Origin: a virus | Lineage: Duplodnaviria; Caudoviricetes | IMG/VR virus record: IMGVR_UViG_2595698882_000001 | Coordinates: 64,001-128,000 of that record | Direction: 5' to 3' (one strand) | DNA length: 64,000 bases | Part shown: positions 30,065-40,766 of the stretch, in pieces | How the letters are laid out: every line of letters begins with the position of its first letter | How positions within the stretch are numbered: position 1 is the first letter of the stretch | Notes under the pieces: model-generated | Databases searched by the model: none | What the model was told of the DNA's origin: nothing | The model's input: the letters and a program-made list of their open reading frames with translations, nothing else | Program-made: the position numbers and the translations under genes

Positions 30065-30832
30065 ATGACTAGGAAGAAGAGTTTGAACATCCACAATACG
30101 GATCGTCTCTTTAACCTTAACCTCACGACAAAGCAAGAAGAAGCTGATTTTATCAAGGTTACAAGGTTAAATGAGAAACAGATCGAGAAGGATATGGATG
30201 AATTAAAAGCAGCATCGACAAGATACAACAAACGAAACAATAAAAGGTACCTATTGTACAAGCAGCGATACGCAAACGACACAGTTCAAGACAAGGTATT
30301 TGATCACGGAGGGCACATTTACTATTACACCACAGACCGGGTACCCTTACCTGTAATCAATAAACTAGCCAGTGTACCACAGTCAGAGGTGGTGTACTAC
30401 TGTAAGAAAGAGCACACCCTCGAAGATGTTATGAATGTGCAGCTGGCTTCTATGGCTACACAGGTTACTGTAGACGTTCCAATTGTGTTACCAGACATAA
30501 ACCCTTATGACTACCTGTTTTCCCTTGCACCACTGAGGTACCATGTAGACAAAGTTAAAATCTCCTTCCCAGCTCTAAAGGAAGAAGAGCTACAAGAGCG
30601 TCACAAAGAGTATTATGTCTTCTATAATGGCATGTACCATTTAAAAGCGCACTATAAGTACCAATGCTTCAAATACATTCAGGAACCGCTGTCTACTTGG
30701 AAAATGAACATCTGGCTGGTATGTGACTCTAAGATGGATAAGGATATGGTCGAATCTCTGGTTGTCCGTAATACAAAACGTCTGAAGAAGAAGGCTGACT
30801 CACAGGGAGGTAACTCTGATGGTCAATCGTAA
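30065..30832 (+). CDS. Conserved basic hypothetical protein
   Basis: 255-aa ORF preceding the HU gene; TGTTATAATA upstream. Confidence 0.7.
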   Translation: MTRKKSLNIHNTDRLFNLNLTTKQEEADFIKVTRLNEKQIEKDMDELKAASTRYNKRNNKRYLLYKQRYANDTVQDKVFDHGGHIYYYTTDRVPLPVINKLASVPQSEVVYYCKKEHTLEDVMNVQLASMATQVTVDVPIVLPDINPYDYLFSLAPLRYHVDKVKISFPALKEEELQERHKEYYVFYNGMYHLKAHYKYQCFKYIQEPLSTWKMNIWLVCDSKMDKDMVESLVVRNTKRLKKKADSQGGNSDGQS

Positions 30833-31109
30833 GGAGTTAGCTAGACGAATTGCACACATATTAGGTTATAACATCGGAGAAGTGGAGGAGGTCCTAGAGG
30901 TGTCTGAGGATGTCATCGCAGATGCTCTAGCTTCTGGAGAAGAAGTCAAAATGGGGAAACTGTATAAGCTTTTCTTACAGGAACTCCCGGAGAAAAAAGC
31001 TTTTGACGGGCTTAACAAGAAATACTTCGTCAGAAAGGCGAAGAAGGTGCCTAAGTTTAAACCGTTGTCTCGGTTACAGAATATCAGCACAGAGGATACA
31101 GAGGAGTGA
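30819..31109 (+). CDS. HU/IHF-like DNA-binding protein
   Basis: NRKELARRIA...I..AL..GEEV.....KA.KVPKFKP. Confidence 0.85.
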   Translation: MVNRKELARRIAHILGYNIGEVEEVLEVSEDVIADALASGEEVKMGKLYKLFLQELPEKKAFDGLNKKYFVRKAKKVPKFKPLSRLQNISTEDTEE

Positions 31110-31190
31110 TACTCCTCTTTTTTATGTTGACATTCGGTATATGTTATAGTAAGATTATACACATGAATACACTGTAAAGGAGAGAGCGGC

Positions 31191-31655
31191 ATGGAAAAGA
31201 TGTCATTGTTAGAAAAGATTATATACCTTAGAAATTTCTATAAGGGCAGGAGTCAATGGGCACGGGAGAAGTATGAGAAAATTAAAGCTGAAGGGCAGAT
31301 AGGGTTCATGGTTATGTCTGATGAAGAGGCGTTGGTACTACGAGATACCCAAGCGGAGAACTACAAAGCCTTCAGCAACGTATTAAACACTATAGTAAAT
31401 GAACATCTAGGTACAACTGCGCTAGGGGAACTTGTATGGGTAGAGGTTTTAAAACCTTTTGGATACTATGTCGAGGATCATCCCATTGGAGAAGTTATGC
31501 AGGTAGATGTAGCACATGTAAATGACCTTGTAAAAGACGGATATGCCAAGATTGTTATAAATAATATGGGTGAGAATAAGCCAGTGGACAGAGACCTAGC
31601 TGACTTAGACCCCTTTGAATCCCAGATAGCAGAAGTCCAGCCATCAGAAGAATAA
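31191..31655 (+). CDS. Hypothetical protein
   Basis: Preceded by a terminator (31100-31123) and a TTGACA promoter. Confidence 0.65.
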   Translation: MEKMSLLEKIIYLRNFYKGRSQWAREKYEKIKAEGQIGFMVMSDEEALVLRDTQAENYKAFSNVLNTIVNEHLGTTALGELVWVEVLKPFGYYVEDHPIGEVMQVDVAHVNDLVKDGYAKIVINNMGENKPVDRDLADLDPFESQIAEVQPSEE

Positions 31656-31668
31656 GGAGGGTACAATA

Positions 31669-32502
31669 TTGAAAGTTTTATTTCTACAAGATCACCTTAA
31701 AGAGAACCATGTTAAGCAAGTAGACGGAACTCTTCGTAATGTATACTTCCAAACACAGGCAGGTAAGATTCTTAAACGTACAGCGGAGGAGACCCTCAAG
31801 CTGAAAGGGAACGAATACTACATTGACTACGCCTACCAGCTGGTTCCGAAAGTTGTACAAAGAGATAAGTTTAACCGGGCTATACGATACAAGAAAATAA
31901 GTTTAACAGAAGCAAGACCAGAGTTTGATCTGCTATACGAGAGAATTATCAGGGAGAAGCCAGATATTATAGTCCCACAAGGGAACCTTGGATGCAGTGC
32001 ATTACTCAAGAAAAATGGAATCAAGTCACTTAGAGGCGTACCTCAAAAGGTTGTTGTTAGACACGGTAATGCCTCCCATGAAACATGGGTACTCCCTACA
32101 TTTAGTATTGAGTACATGTTAGTAGACTACAAGGTCAACAACCTTGTTGCTGCCGATTTTAGCACGTTAGGGAAGTACATTGAACAAGGGGATATAGCGT
32201 TTGAATCGGAGACTCGGGACTACGAATTTGTAGACAGCATCGAGAGGGTTAGAGAAATTTTTAAAACGATCTTGCCCGCTGCTCCTATTGTCGCATGGGA
32301 CTTAGAGACCAATACGTTACATCCCGAAAAAGCTGGAGCAAAGCCTCTCGTTATCTCCTTGTCTTGGCAGGAGGGTACTGGGTGCACCATACCGCTAGAA
32401 CATAAAGAGTTTACATGGATGCCCGGACATTTAGCGGAGATATACGAGCACATAAAGACATTCGTAGCTGACCCGGATATAATCAAAGTAGGTCATAACA
32501 TT
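31669..32502 (+). CDS. polA: DNA polymerase family A, exon 1 (UDG-like domain and start of 3'-5' exonuclease)
   Basis: EKPDIIVPQG (UDG-like); WDLET ExoI; ends GHNI. Confidence 0.9.
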
Positions 32503-33294
32503 TAATAAAATGGGTGTTATAAAACCCCTCTCATAACGGTGGACGCTAAGTCGAGAGATAAGCCAATATCGTGCCTACATTACTGGTGACAGTAGATGGG
32601 GTGTAGAGACTGAGCTGAGCCTTCGCAGGGCAAAGTGAGAAGTGATGTAACGTGGCTCTATAGGAGGACGTTAGATGAAACAATGTTCAAAGTGTAAGGA
32701 ATACAAGGATGAAACTCAGTTTAATAAAGGAAACAAGAAGAAAGACGGTACTAGACCTTTGAAATCCCAGTGCAAAGCCTGCCTAGCAGAGTACAAAAAG
32801 AAGCACTATTCCAAAAACAGGGATAAATATTTAAATAAGGCTAAGAAGCAGCGGGAGACACACGGTGAGGAGCTTAAGGCATACTGGAGAGATTACCATC
32901 AGAAGAATAAAGAGTATAGAAACAGCCAGATGAAAGAGTATTCTCGAACAGAGAAAGGGAGAGAAGCCCGAAAAAGAGCACAAGAGAGGTACAGAGAGTC
33001 TAGTCAGTATAACTTAAAGCAGAACGCTCGGAAGAAGGTACTTAGGGCAGTTCGAGCGGGAAAGTTGTTAAAGCCTCTAAAATGTCAGTGCTGTAATAAA
33101 GAAAAGCCATTAGAAGCTCACCATACTGATTACCGTAATCCGTTAGATGTGAAATGGCTATGTAAAGAGTGTCACGAAAATGAACATCACTTAAATGAGG
33201 GGCATGAGTCCATGTAGGTAACTGCGAACAAACCTATTGGTAAGGGCTCATGAAGGTATAGTCCACTCCTGATCGAAAGATCAGGGCTAAAGTG
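32503..33294 (+). mobile_element. Group I intron 1 in DNA polymerase (ExoII motif)
   Basis: Exon ends in U and intron ends in G; P1 ATAACATT/GGTGTTAT; P3 CCCCTC/GAGGGG; P7 GAGACT and AAGGTATAGTCC; P9 GAAA tetraloop; splicing restores GHNI|QFD. Confidence 0.92.
32675..33217 (+). CDS. Intron-encoded HNH homing endonuclease with zinc fingers
   Basis: CSKC..CKAC N-terminal zinc finger; CQCC...EAHH.DY..PLDV.WLCKECH..EH. Confidence 0.85.
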   Translation: MKQCSKCKEYKDETQFNKGNKKKDGTRPLKSQCKACLAEYKKKHYSKNRDKYLNKAKKQRETHGEELKAYWRDYHQKNKEYRNSQMKEYSRTEKGREARKRAQERYRESSQYNLKQNARKKVLRAVRAGKLLKPLKCQCCNKEKPLEAHHTDYRNPLDVKWLCKECHENEHHLNEGHESM

Positions 33295-34725
33295 CAGTTT
33301 GATATCCGATTCTTGCAGCTTTCTAAAGGATTTACAGCCTTTCATAACCATCGAGACACCAAGGTCATGTACTACCTACTTGTGGATCAGGATAAAGACG
33401 CTTCATTGAAGTTGAGTAACCTGAGCTATGAAATGACTGATATGGGTGGGTACGACAAACCACTAGAAGATTTTAAGAAAAAATACGTAGAAGATTATGT
33501 TGCTAAAGAGCGAGCTCGAATCAACCAGTTGAAAGAGGACTACAAGAAAGCAGTAGCTAAAGAAAGGGCTTTAGCCAAAGAGGAGAAAAGGAAAGCGCAA
33601 TTACCTCCTAAACCAAAGTTCCCTAAAGTTACTCCTCCTGTAAACGAGATAGATGGTAGTGACTTTAACTATGAATGGATTCCTTTAGAAAGCATGTTAT
33701 CTCCTTACGCATCTGGAGACGTTGATGCTTGTCTACGTATACATAACTTCTTAGAGAAGAAAGGTCAAGCGGAAGAGAACGCTAAAATTAGAAAGCTGTA
33801 CACTGAGCATTATACAGAGCTGTCCGCATACCTCGCTAAGGTAGAGGCTGCGGGGGTTCAAATGAACACGGATTACACCAGAGGACTTATTGATGCGTAT
33901 ACAGAAGAAGAGGACCGACTCCTCCAGCTGATCCGTAAGTTCCCAGAGGTGCAGAGACTTGAAGAAGAGCATGAGGCGCTGTACATGAAAGGTCTAGAAG
34001 AATGGTCTAAACCTAAGCCCATGCGGAATGAAGAAATTGCAAAGCTACGTGATAAGTACAAAAAGAAGCTAGTCTTCAACCCCAATTCCTCAGAGGACAA
34101 ACAGAAAGCTCTGTATAAGTACACTGGATACAGACTTCCATACAACAAAGAGTTGGTTGTTAAGTCCGCTTTTGAGGATGGAATAAGTGAGGATGAGCTA
34201 GAGTGGTATCATTATAAAGCGGATAAGACAGCTTTAGAGTACATCAAAGAGAACTTTGAGGACCTCAAAGAACTAGCTGAGCTGCTGCTAACTCACTCAT
34301 TGGTTAAGACTCGGAAACAGAACTTTACATATAAGCTGCTAGACTTAGTAAATGACAAGAATCGGCTGTATGGTACGTTTAACCCTACAGGTACTGAGAC
34401 TACACGTCTTTCCTCTAGGGACCCAAATTTACAACAAATTCCAAGAAAGACCGGGAACGTTAAGCGGTTCGACTACAAGCACCCTATTAAACGGATGTTT
34501 GTTACAAGCTTCCCGGGAGGAGCCCTGTTACAGCTTGACTACAGTTCCCTAGAGTCTCGTATCTTAGGCTTGGCGGCTGGGGACGAAGAGATGACTCAAC
34601 AGTTCTTAGATGGACGAGACTTGCACAAAGAGACAGCAACCTTTGTATACGGAGTGTCTATGGACCAAGTTACTGAAGACATGCGTTCCATGGCTAAAGC
34701 CGTAACATTCGGACTCGCATACGGT
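33295..34725 (+). CDS. polA: DNA polymerase family A, exon 2
   Basis: YASGD ExoIII; TETTRLSSRDPNLQQ; motif A DYSSLESR; motif B R..AKAVTFGLAYG. Confidence 0.92.
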
Positions 34726-35772
34726 ACTTTAAATACATTTGCCGTAGTAAAACTCAGTGAACCTACAAATGTAGGGTGTCTGCTTATAGCAGGCTAACGG
34801 TGGAGGCTAAAGCCTAGTCAGCAATGCTAATACCGTGCTAAGCATACTCTCATGTGCCCATTTACTAAAACAGGAGGTGAATTGAAATGGCAGTAATATT
34901 TAAGCCGGGAGAACGGCAGTACCATAATAATCTTTATAAAAAACTAAGGAAAACGTGGTATGACATGATACAGCGATGTTATAACCCCAACCATCCTAGT
35001 TATAAATTTTATGGAGCAATCGGTGTGACAGTTACTAGTCAGTGGCACTCACTGGATGGCTTCCTTGAGACGGTGGATACTGTAGATGGTTGGGATGCTG
35101 ATAGGTATACCAACGAAACAATGCACTTAGACAAGGATTTAAAAGTTAAAGGGAACAGCGTGTACAGCCCGGCAACCTGTATGTTTGTCACCCCGGAAGA
35201 AAACTATAGACCCACCCGAGAGGCGAGGATGAAAGACTGTGAGGCAGTATCCCCTAAGGGGAAAACTTATAAGTTTTCTAATAAGGAGCAGTTTTGTAGG
35301 GAGCATGGTTTAAATCCCTCTAATGTCTATCTCTGTTTGGTAGGAAAATATAGACATCATAAAGGTTGGAGGTTTAACTATGCAGACGGTTCTACTCCCC
35401 AAAATACAACGAATAACCGAGGTAAACCTAAAATAGCGGTAGACCCGGAAGGGGTAACATATGAGTTCTGGAATCAAAGTAAGTTTGCCAGAGAGCACGG
35501 TTTAGACCCCAGAAAAATAAGTGCAGTAATCAATGGTAAACGCCCCCACCATAAGCAGTGGAAATTTTATTTAAAATAAACATATGTGAGAGTATGTAAG
35601 TGTAACGACTATCGAAAGGGTAGCTGCTGTCGGGAGGACACCAGTGAGAACCGAGTAGAGTACATTCAAGGTGAAAACCCTTGTTTGGAAGTGCTGAGAG
35701 CTTGTAGTAACGATACAAGTTAAGATATAGTCTAGTCCCCTAATAAATATCGGGAAACCGAGGGTATAATCG
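34726..35772 (+). mobile_element. Group I intron 2 in DNA polymerase (end of motif B)
   Basis: P1 TACGGT/GCCGTA with U-G pair; P3 CTCAGT/GCTGAG; P6 arms CATACTCTCA/TGAGAGTATG flank the ORF; P7 GACT and AAGATATAGTCT; terminal G35772; splicing gives LAYG|ETPF. Confidence 0.92.
34887..35579 (+). CDS. Intron-encoded homing endonuclease (HNH-like with two NUMOD1/IENR-type repeats)
   Basis: W..M.QRCYNP...Y..YGA.GV.V, HLDKD..GN..YSP.TC; two C-terminal F.REHGL.P......G...HHK.W.F repeats. Confidence 0.82.
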   Translation: MAVIFKPGERQYHNNLYKKLRKTWYDMIQRCYNPNHPSYKFYGAIGVTVTSQWHSLDGFLETVDTVDGWDADRYTNETMHLDKDLKVKGNSVYSPATCMFVTPEENYRPTREARMKDCEAVSPKGKTYKFSNKEQFCREHGLNPSNVYLCLVGKYRHHKGWRFNYADGSTPQNTTNNRGKPKIAVDPEGVTYEFWNQSKFAREHGLDPRKISAVINGKRPHHKQWKFYLK

Positions 35773-36465
35773 GAAACACCGTTCTCCTTCGCACCGAAAA
35801 ACAACATGTCCGTTGAAGAAGCTGAAGTCATCTTCCAGAAATACTTCCAGAACAAGCCGAAAGTTAAACAGTTCATTGATGCTACACATGCTCAAGTGAA
35901 AAAAGATGGCTTTGTAGAATGTATGCAAGGATTCAGACGGAACCTACGCAACGTGTTCTCACAAGATAAGTCAAAAGTAAACGAAGCCTTACGTCAATCT
36001 GTAAACACCAAGATTCAGGGTTCAGGGGCATTCTTAACGAACTCCTCTGTAATTCTGATCATTAAGTTCATTGAGAAGAACAACTTGCGTTCTAAAGTCG
36101 TTCTAACAGTACATGACTCCATCGTAATTGACTGCCCGCCGGAAGAAATTCATATCATGGCACATGCAGCTAAACACATCATGGAGAACTTACCTATCGA
36201 CTGGTTGTTCATTGACTGGAAAGGTGAGAGACTTCGTTACCCAATCAAAGCTGATGTTGAGATCGGTACTAACTATAATGACATGGTTGCTTACGATAAA
36301 GACGATCTTAACAGCTTTAAAACGGTCCAGAAATACTGTGACTTCTACTTAGCTAAGAAGGAAATCAAGAACCACAAAGAGACAGGAACTATCACTAAAG
36401 AGCGATATGAAGAGCTTGAAGAGCTTATCGACAGCCGTAAACCAGCTTACCAAGAAGCTGTATAA
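35773..36465 (+). CDS. polA: DNA polymerase family A, exon 3
   Basis: RQSVNTKIQGSGA and motif C TVHDSI; spliced product is 985 aa. Confidence 0.92.
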   Translation, partial: ETPFSFAPKNNMSVEEAEVIFQKYFQNKPKVKQFIDATHAQVKKDGFVECMQGFRRNLRNVFSQDKSKVNEALRQSVNTKIQGSGAFLTNSSVILIIKFIEKNNLRSKVVLTVHDSIVIDCPPEEIHIMAHAAKHIMENLPIDWLFIDWKGERLRYPIKADVEIGTNYNDMVAYDKDDLNSFKTVQKYCDFYLAKKEIKNHKETGTITKERYEELEELIDSRKPAYQEAV

Positions 36466-36582
36466 ATTTTTTATAAAATACAGTTGACATACAGCCTTGG
36501 TTATAGTAAGATATAAATACAGCGGAGGGGTAATACAGAGTGCTATGCCTCTTCTCTGTCTCTACATAAGCGAGGTGAGAGA

Positions 36583-37101
36583 GTGTTAGACGTGAATATC
36601 GGTAGCCTTGACTTTTACAAGCTAAGGCTCATAGACGAGAACGGACAGTATCAAGAGTATGACCTAGAGGACCTACTTAAAGTTAACGAAGACAACTACA
36701 TGCAAGAGATGATCGAACAGCCTTCCAAGTACATCTACTGGTCATCAGTGTTAGAGCGGCTTAAGTTCTATCAAGAAAGTGTAGAGTTGGAACTAGAGAC
36801 CGTTGTAGCCAGTCTAGACCAAGAAGCCCGAGATTACCTTAAGGACACAGTGCCTAAACCTACAAAAGATATGGTAGAGTCTTATATCAAAAGGCAGCCA
36901 GCTTATAAAAGTGTTAGAGATAAGGAAATCCATTATAACTACATTGTAGGCAGGGTGCAGCGTATTGTAAAAGCTTTTGAGCAACGTAAGGACATGCTAC
37001 AGTCCTACGGTAAACAAGTTATTGATAACCAGCAGTATGGTAGAGGTGCAGGGTCTACTCTAATGTACCCTTCGTATAACCCGCCAAACCCGAGTCAATA
37101 A
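36583..37101 (+). CDS. Hypothetical protein, possible UvsY-like recombination mediator
   Basis: Helical protein just upstream of SSB and RecA. Confidence 0.55.
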   Translation: MLDVNIGSLDFYKLRLIDENGQYQEYDLEDLLKVNEDNYMQEMIEQPSKYIYWSSVLERLKFYQESVELELETVVASLDQEARDYLKDTVPKPTKDMVESYIKRQPAYKSVRDKEIHYNYIVGRVQRIVKAFEQRKDMLQSYGKQVIDNQQYGRGAGSTLMYPSYNPPNPSQ

Positions 37102-37204
37102 ACGTGCTATAACTTGTTTATAACAGTTGACATATGTTATAATGTATGTTAGACTGTCACTATAGTAACAAAATAAATTACATACACAGGAGGAGAAAGT
37201 TAAT

Positions 37205-38467
37205 ATGTCATTCTTAGACATCGTAAACCAAGAAGCAGGAAAGTTAAAAAGCAGCGGTAACACAGACAGAGTAGAGTACCCGAAAACAAAACATGATCGA
37301 ATCTTCGCAGGCAAGGACAATCAGATCGCTGTACAGATTCTGCCAAGTGCTGATCTAAACGGGCAATTCTGGAAGAAGATTAGAAAGCTGTATCTTACTA
37401 CTGTTTCATCTCAAGGCAAAGAAGTGAAAGCAAACTTTACTCTTGACGGGGATGAGAACCCGGGCTCTATGCTTGAGCAGAAATATATGGAGTGGGTTGA
37501 ACGAGACGTTTTACCTAAAGGTCGCTATGGTATCCCTACGCCTAATGAGTTCTATCTTGTAAATGCAGTTCGATTAGTTCAGGATGCTGCGGGTAACTGG
37601 ACTCAAGAGCGAGATACTACGGGTCAGTTAGTTGTGCGTGTACTAGAACTTAAACCTTCTGCAATGCAGGATATCTTGAATAAGATTCAGAACACGATGT
37701 ACAACATCTCTAACACACAGTTAGCGTTCTTACACCCGGATAAGTCGTGTGTAACACAAATTGAGAAACCAGCAGACAACGAGTCTCCTAAAAAATACAA
37801 GTTCCATGTATTCCCGCACTTACTTCTTCCACCACTAGGTCAAGGATGGGAACAGCAACTTGAAGATTTAGAAGAACAGGGTACACCTACAGAGCGTCTA
37901 GTAAACGGAGACAAATGGGTACAAGCGTTTATTGATATGATGGAAGGTCGTAAACCTAACCAAAACCAAGGTCAGAATGCTGCTCCAGCACCGACAGTAA
38001 ACCCTTACGCTGCACAGCAACCTAATGCGAACCCGTTTGCAGGTCAACAGCCTCCAGCAACTAACCCATTTGCAGGGCAGCCAGCTCCAGCGGATAATCC
38101 GTTAGCAGGGCAGGTACCTCAGCAAAATACATATGGTCAGCCAGCTCCGGCACCAGCGGCACCACAACAACCGAATATTACAATGCCTACTGGAATGGGT
38201 GAGCCAACACCTCCTCCGGCACAACCACAGGTTAATGCTAACCCAGCGACACCTCCGGTTCAGCCGCAGGCAGCGCCAGCTCAACCAGCTCAACCTACAG
38301 GAGGGTTAGTATCCGACCCATTACCGACTGACTTCGGTACCACACATCAGGTAGGTTCAGACCCTGCTAACGAAGTTCCATTACACAGTGTAGAGACTAA
38401 CAGCAATGGTCTTTTAGATGTTAATGCGCTTCTTCAACAGGAAGTAGGAGACCTGCCAACTGAGTAG
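37205..38467 (+). CDS. Single-stranded DNA-binding protein (gp32-like) with Pro/Gln-rich tail
   Basis: VQILPS and FW/YLVN core; long NPF/PAQ low-complexity tail; lies before recA. Confidence 0.6.
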   Translation: MSFLDIVNQEAGKLKSSGNTDRVEYPKTKHDRIFAGKDNQIAVQILPSADLNGQFWKKIRKLYLTTVSSQGKEVKANFTLDGDENPGSMLEQKYMEWVERDVLPKGRYGIPTPNEFYLVNAVRLVQDAAGNWTQERDTTGQLVVRVLELKPSAMQDILNKIQNTMYNISNTQLAFLHPDKSCVTQIEKPADNESPKKYKFHVFPHLLLPPLGQGWEQQLEDLEEQGTPTERLVNGDKWVQAFIDMMEGRKPNQNQGQNAAPAPTVNPYAAQQPNANPFAGQQPPATNPFAGQPAPADNPLAGQVPQQNTYGQPAPAPAAPQQPNITMPTGMGEPTPPPAQPQVNANPATPPVQPQAAPAQPAQPTGGLVSDPLPTDFGTTHQVGSDPANEVPLHSVETNSNGLLDVNALLQQEVGDLPTE

Positions 38468-38550
38468 ATGAATAGAGCCTAGTGTAACAACTAGGCTTTC
38501 TATATCAAATTTTATACATATAGAAGTAAGAAACACTGGAGGGAAAACAT

Positions 38551-39747
38551 TTGGCAAAGAAGAAAAAACAGAATAATGTATCCGTAGACATTGACTTATC
38601 GTCTCTAGCACAGGACGCAGGGCTAACCATCCTCAGAGATTCAGAGTATGCCTTAGTTAAGGATAGACTCCCTACTTTCCTACCGAGAATTGATAAAGTA
38701 TTCGGAGGCGGTTTACCATTTGGTCGTATGATCGAAGTTGCAGGGGTGCCGGGAGGAGGTAAGTCTACATTAGCCTTCCATATAGCTCGTGTAGGAACCC
38801 AACTAGGCTGCATTGTCGTCCTTATTGACGTTGAGGGTACAGCTGACCGGGTACGTTTAGCAGAACTAGGCATTGACATTAGCAAAGTTCTTGTTAAGCA
38901 GCCTGATCTAGAGAAGGACATCGCCCTTACCGTTGAAGAGATCGGTAGAACGGTTGAACAGTGTCTTGAGATTTTCGGTAAGAAATACCCGGGTGTTCCT
39001 GTAGTATTCGTTTGGGACTCGGTAGGTATCACCCCGAGTGAAGGTGAGCTGGACAAAGACTATGGTGAAAAGAACGTAGGTATGCGTGCAAAAGCCATTA
39101 CCCAGTTCATCACCAAAGTAGCTCCACAGGTGACAGCACAGAAAGCAATGCTTATCGGCATTAACCAAATTCGGGCGGATATTGGTGGAAACGCAATGTT
39201 CCCTACAATGTCTGTTCCGGGCGGTAAAGCTTGGGAGCATTATGCAAGTCTACGTCTGGAAATCCAGAAGAAGGCTGCGATTAAAAAGGGTACAGATAAG
39301 ATCGGACATGAACTTGGAGTAAAAGTTAACAAGTCCAAAGTCTCTCGCCCTCACCAGATCGCACTCGGATACCTCATCTCAGATAATGGTCTGGACTACG
39401 AGTACAACCTCGCTAAGATGGCAGAGGCAGACGGACTCCTAAACTCAGTAGGTCAGAGCTATGAACACGTAGACCGCTACGGTGAAATACATAAAAAGAA
39501 GAAAGACAACTTTATTGAATGGCTTAAAACGCCTGAAGGTCAGCACGTCCGGGAAGAGCTGCTAAACGCATTAATTGAGCATGAGTATCCGGGCGGTACA
39601 TACCCAGCATTTGAAAATGACTCTCTCGACATCTCAGGGTGGATTGACAAAGTGGAGAGACAGGTTCCACAACCTTTAGACCTAGATGAGCATGTCACAG
39701 AGAGTACCAGCGTTGATGATTTATTGAACACTGATGGAGAAGGGTAA
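38551..39747 (+). CDS. recA: RecA/UvsX-like recombinase
   Basis: GGGLPFGR.IEV.G.PGGGKST, IDVEG, WDSV, INQIR and PGGKAW.HYASLRL. Confidence 0.93.
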   Translation: MAKKKKQNNVSVDIDLSSLAQDAGLTILRDSEYALVKDRLPTFLPRIDKVFGGGLPFGRMIEVAGVPGGGKSTLAFHIARVGTQLGCIVVLIDVEGTADRVRLAELGIDISKVLVKQPDLEKDIALTVEEIGRTVEQCLEIFGKKYPGVPVVFVWDSVGITPSEGELDKDYGEKNVGMRAKAITQFITKVAPQVTAQKAMLIGINQIRADIGGNAMFPTMSVPGGKAWEHYASLRLEIQKKAAIKKGTDKIGHELGVKVNKSKVSRPHQIALGYLISDNGLDYEYNLAKMAEADGLLNSVGQSYEHVDRYGEIHKKKKDNFIEWLKTPEGQHVREELLNALIEHEYPGGTYPAFENDSLDISGWIDKVERQVPQPLDLDEHVTESTSVDDLLNTDGEG

Positions 39748-39787
39748 TCCCCTTCTCTCCTAATTATTAAGAAGGGCGGGTCCAGTA

Positions 39788-40147
39788 TTGCAGAAGCGAA
39801 GTCATGGTGATATTGTAGCCAATACTCTACAGTATTATAGGGAGAGAACAAAAAGCAATAACGACAGAACCCCACACCTCTATCTTGACATCAAGAAGAA
39901 GCTACAAAAGATTGCTGAAGAAGGTAAGCGTGTCCTTATCGACACTAAAGACTCCTACAGTGTTCAAACAGTATGCTTGAAATTTGATTACATCTCAGAT
40001 AGATGGGCTCGGGGTACGTCAATCTGTTACTTAGACGGCAAAGAAGTTAAGGTTCCTTATACAATCCATTACTCTGACATTGTGTGCAGCCGCATGAATG
40101 TCAAAGTAATCATGGAGGGGGATAACCCTTTTGAGAGACCTCAATAA
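39788..40147 (+). CDS. Conserved hypothetical protein
   Basis: ORF between recA and the sigma factor. Confidence 0.65.
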   Translation: MQKRSHGDIVANTLQYYRERTKSNNDRTPHLYLDIKKKLQKIAEEGKRVLIDTKDSYSVQTVCLKFDYISDRWARGTSICYLDGKEVKVPYTIHYSDIVCSRMNVKVIMEGDNPFERPQ

Positions 40148-40766
40148 AGAGCAGGAACAGATTTTGAATGGAAACCGTTTTATGGTGAATACAAACGAAG
40201 CTACAGGAGTGTTCCTTCGGGACGTGGATAAATTGATGCACCAGTACCGTAACCTACGAATGAGTGTATACAATCAGTTTAAAGACTGCTTACCGGACCC
40301 AGTATCCCGGGAGGAGCTTAAGAGCTACATTGATGAGCAGTTCGTCCGTCTTGTGAAGGAGTACGATATCAATGGTCCTGTAGATTTCCCCGGGTACATA
40401 AAGACCAAACTAACCTACAGAGTTAAGCACTCTTACATAAAAGGAGAGTACCGGGACAGACATCGAGTATTCGTAACAAAGAATGAGTTCGATGTTTCTA
40501 CACTGATCGAAAGAACGCCTAGCTTAGACGAAGAGTTGGACTACTATGAAGTGTTGGAGTACACGCTGCATGATGTGAACTTGACTAATCTTGAAAAAGA
40601 GGTATTGTTCTACATCCTACAGGAGCTAACAGACTCTCAGATAGAGCAGAAAGTGAAAGAGTCCTTTGCAGATGAGTATAAACTTAGTACCTCCGAGATA
40701 CGTACAACGATTAAACTGATGCAGACATTCTTAAGAACAAAGCTCGAAGAAGCTTTGAAGAAGTAA
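40131..40766 (+). CDS. Phage RNA polymerase sigma factor (middle/late)
   Basis: Region-2-like FVRLVKEYD...VDFPGYIK..L; region-4-like LTNLEKEVL; follows recA as in SPO1/Twort-like phages. Confidence 0.75.
   Translation: MRDLNKEQEQILNGNRFMVNTNEATGVFLRDVDKLMHQYRNLRMSVYNQFKDCLPDPVSREELKSYIDEQFVRLVKEYDINGPVDFPGYIKTKLTYRVKHSYIKGEYRDRHRVFVTKNEFDVSTLIERTPSLDEELDYYEVLEYTLHDVNLTNLEKEVLFYILQELTDSQIEQKVKESFADEYKLSTSEIRTTIKLMQTFLRTKLEEALKK

Noticed and set aside
29545-30282. 245-aa minus-strand ORF and the other minus-strand ORFs in the track
   Set aside because: They are antisense shadows of well-supported + strand genes and cross terminators or promoters without recognisable motifs
31669-36465. Three polymerase fragments as a pseudogene, frameshift or intein
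   Set aside because: Both gaps show full group I intron hallmarks, and splicing restores the frame and conserved motifs
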